Shown here piece by piece: positions 62,329-64,000 of a stretch of DNA of 64,000 nt. Source of the stretch: an uncultured delta proteobacterium (lineage in GTDB: Bacteria > Desulfobacterota > Binatia > UBA9968). The position numbers were made by a program, and so were the translations under genes. Location of the stretch: contig CAVYTU010000019.1 in NCBI GenBank assembly GCA_963771465.1, positions 64,001-128,000 on the forward strand. Direction: 5' to 3'. Within the stretch, counting starts at the first letter, position 1. Every line of letters starts with the position of its first letter. The notes under the pieces are model-generated. The model saw nothing but the letters and a program-made list of their open reading frames with translations. It was not told the origin of the DNA and searched no databases.

Positions 62329-63444
62329 TCATTTCTCCGCGCGTGGAAAACCGTAAGCGTCGACCACCAGTTGCATCCACTTCGGCATGTTAAGAAAAGT
62401 GCGGTGATCGTTGACGGAAACTTTTTTGCCTTTGATCAAGCGTGACACCTCGCCGTCGGTGTACATGCTGGATTTGAGCGGCTCATTGTCATCGATGATT
62501 TTTTGTCCTTCACGGCTCGCCATATGTTCGATAAATAGAAGGGCGGCGTGCCGATGGGGAGCGGTCTTGAGAATAAACTGATTCTCACGCAGCCACACCG
62601 GCGCCGGCTCGATGATTTTACACATCAGCGATTTGGTCACATCCTTGCGTTGGGCGTCGACGCAGCTGTTGTAAAAAGTCATCTGATGGACCGCCTGCTC
62701 GCCGGTAGCGATGGCGCCCATGGCACGGGCGTTGCCGCGCAGCCAGACCGGCTGCTGGTCTTTGATCTGGCGGGCGTATTTCACCACCCACTCCTCGCCC
62801 ATAAGGACCACCAGCGTGGCCATGCACTGAGTGCGGATGTCGGAAATGAACTTTCGCCCTTTGAATTCCGGCTTGAGAAAATCTTCCCATTTGTCGGGCA
62901 CCGCCTCCGCGGCGATGCGGTTCTTATTATAGGCGATGCCGCAAATGCTGCTCGCCACAGACACCAAATTACGGTTCTCAGGATCAACCATTCTCGGATT
63001 GATGTTGAGCACGCCCTGCTGCGACATGCCTAAAATATCGATCTTCATACCGTTCGCGATGTTCTCGACATAGAACTCGGAGCTCGCCTCCGAGGTGTCG
63101 ATGTCTTTCACCGCCCCAGCCTTCAGTTCCAGCAGAAAACGCTGATACGCTTCCGGACCGCCGATCTCGTCAACGCGAACTTTGATAAACGGATACTTCT
63201 TACTAAACGATTCCGCCATCGGCTTGAAGGATTCGGGATCGAGCGACGATATAACCCGCACCGAGCCTTCTTGTTTTGCCTTGGCGAGAATCTCATCGCG
63301 CGAACCGATAAACATGAAACCTTTGCTCTCGGCAGCTTTCTTAGCTTCGAGAGCGGCCGAACTCGCCGTCGCAGCTTCGGCGGCGGGCCTAATGAACCAA
63401 AAACCAATCAACAAGGAAATGACTACAGACAAATATCTTCCCAT
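62329..63444 (-). CDS. ABC substrate-binding protein, close paralog of 39459
   Basis: SSLDPESFKPMA, CGIAYNK and AYGFPRAE; GAGGAGG RBS. Confidence 0.88.
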   Translation of the reverse strand: MGRYLSVVISLLIGFWFIRPAAEAATASSAALEAKKAAESKGFMFIGSRDEILAKAKQEGSVRVISSLDPESFKPMAESFSKKYPFIKVRVDEIGGPEAYQRFLLELKAGAVKDIDTSEASSEFYVENIANGMKIDILGMSQQGVLNINPRMVDPENRNLVSVASSICGIAYNKNRIAAEAVPDKWEDFLKPEFKGRKFISDIRTQCMATLVVLMGEEWVVKYARQIKDQQPVWLRGNARAMGAIATGEQAVHQMTFYNSCVDAQRKDVTKSLMCKIIEPAPVWLRENQFILKTAPHRHAALLFIEHMASREGQKIIDDNEPLKSSMYTDGEVSRLIKGKKVSVNDHRTFLNMPKWMQLVVDAYGFPRAEK

Positions 63445-63494
63445 ATCGATCCTCCTCGAATTTTTTAGCATCACGATAATAAGGTTGCTGCTGT

Positions 63495-63853
63495 CTATTT
63501 ACTTTCGCGCACGGTAAACGGAAAACTCTGCTCCACCACATGGCCATCGACGGACAATACCCGAAACTTGACAATATAACGACCCGATGGCATCTGCTTG
63601 AGTGCGACAGACAGTTGCTTGGGATCCTCAGCCGACACCTGAGCGTTGTCCGCATCGACGCGCTTGCCGCTCGGGGTCAAAGACCGACGCCGAAGAATAT
63701 TTCGGCTCCAGCCGCTCGTTGAACCACAACTGAATTTTCCCAGGCGAAGAAAACAGCGTAGCGCGTCCCGCCGGCACGGATTTCACCAGATACGCGTGGG
63801 CCGACGCGACGGCGGGAATTAAGCAAAATGGTAAAAAGTAATAGCCGATACAC
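63495..63853 (-). CDS. copC: Copper-binding protein CopC (frameshifts near 63674 and in the signal peptide)
   Basis: Manual translation gives ASA-HAYLVKSVP...LWFNERLEP...YIVKFRVLSVDGH; N-terminal His and DGH present, no Met-rich site. Confidence 0.85.
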
Positions 63854-63912
63854 CTAATGTGTCCTAAGCCGTCTGATGCGAGAAACGCGCGTCCGAGAAA
63901 TGCGAATCACTA

Positions 63913-63997
63913 TTCACCACGAAGCAGGGTAGGCAACCATAGGGGTTGCCCTACAAGTCCGATTCCCTTTTGTGCACTTGCTTTCTTTGCGGCCAAT
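63913..63997. repeat. Composite repeat: CACCACGAAG arm + GTAG REP-like hairpin + CTTTGCGG arm
   Basis: TTCACCACGAAG at 63913-63924, GTAGGCAACCATAGGGGTTGCCCTAC, then TTGCTTTCTTTGCGGCCAAT. Confidence 0.7.
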
Positions 63998-64000
63998 TCT

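Overview
This is a gene-dense bacterial window with about 60 CDS. No rRNA, tRNA, CRISPR array or transposase was recognised. Large paralog expansions of ABC solute-binding proteins (SBPs), cupins and Rieske oxygenases suggest a Binatia/Deltaproteobacteria-like genome (inference). 1-22 kb is mixed: a TPP enzyme, TerC with a possible leader peptide, a ferredoxin fusion, an OmpA lipoprotein, a GlrK-QseG-GlrR-like system followed by two sigma54 promoters, rmuC and aguBA. 22-47 kb is an aromatic/carboxylate catabolic island: three Rieske oxygenases, two Zn dehydrogenases, two MmgE/PrpD proteins, a Cys-less racemase-fold protein, TctABC, fused and split cupins, tandem SBPs with a permease, and a dihydroxyphthalate-decarboxylase-like gene. 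The best candidate for an undescribed system is the 15.5 kb minus-strand cluster at 48.3-63.9 kb. It reads [copC-SBP-secreted amidohydrolase-rhodanese], [copD/cytochrome c/thioredoxin-fold fusion-SBP-secreted amidohydrolase-rhodanese], then a full MoxR/DUF58/VWA/TPR (MxaRSACKL/Bat-like) set. It looks like a dedicated maturation system for periplasmic amidohydrolase-fold enzymes with an altered metal site. About nine single-base frameshifts after 37.8 kb are most likely sequencing errors. All assignments come from motif recognition by eye; no searches were run.
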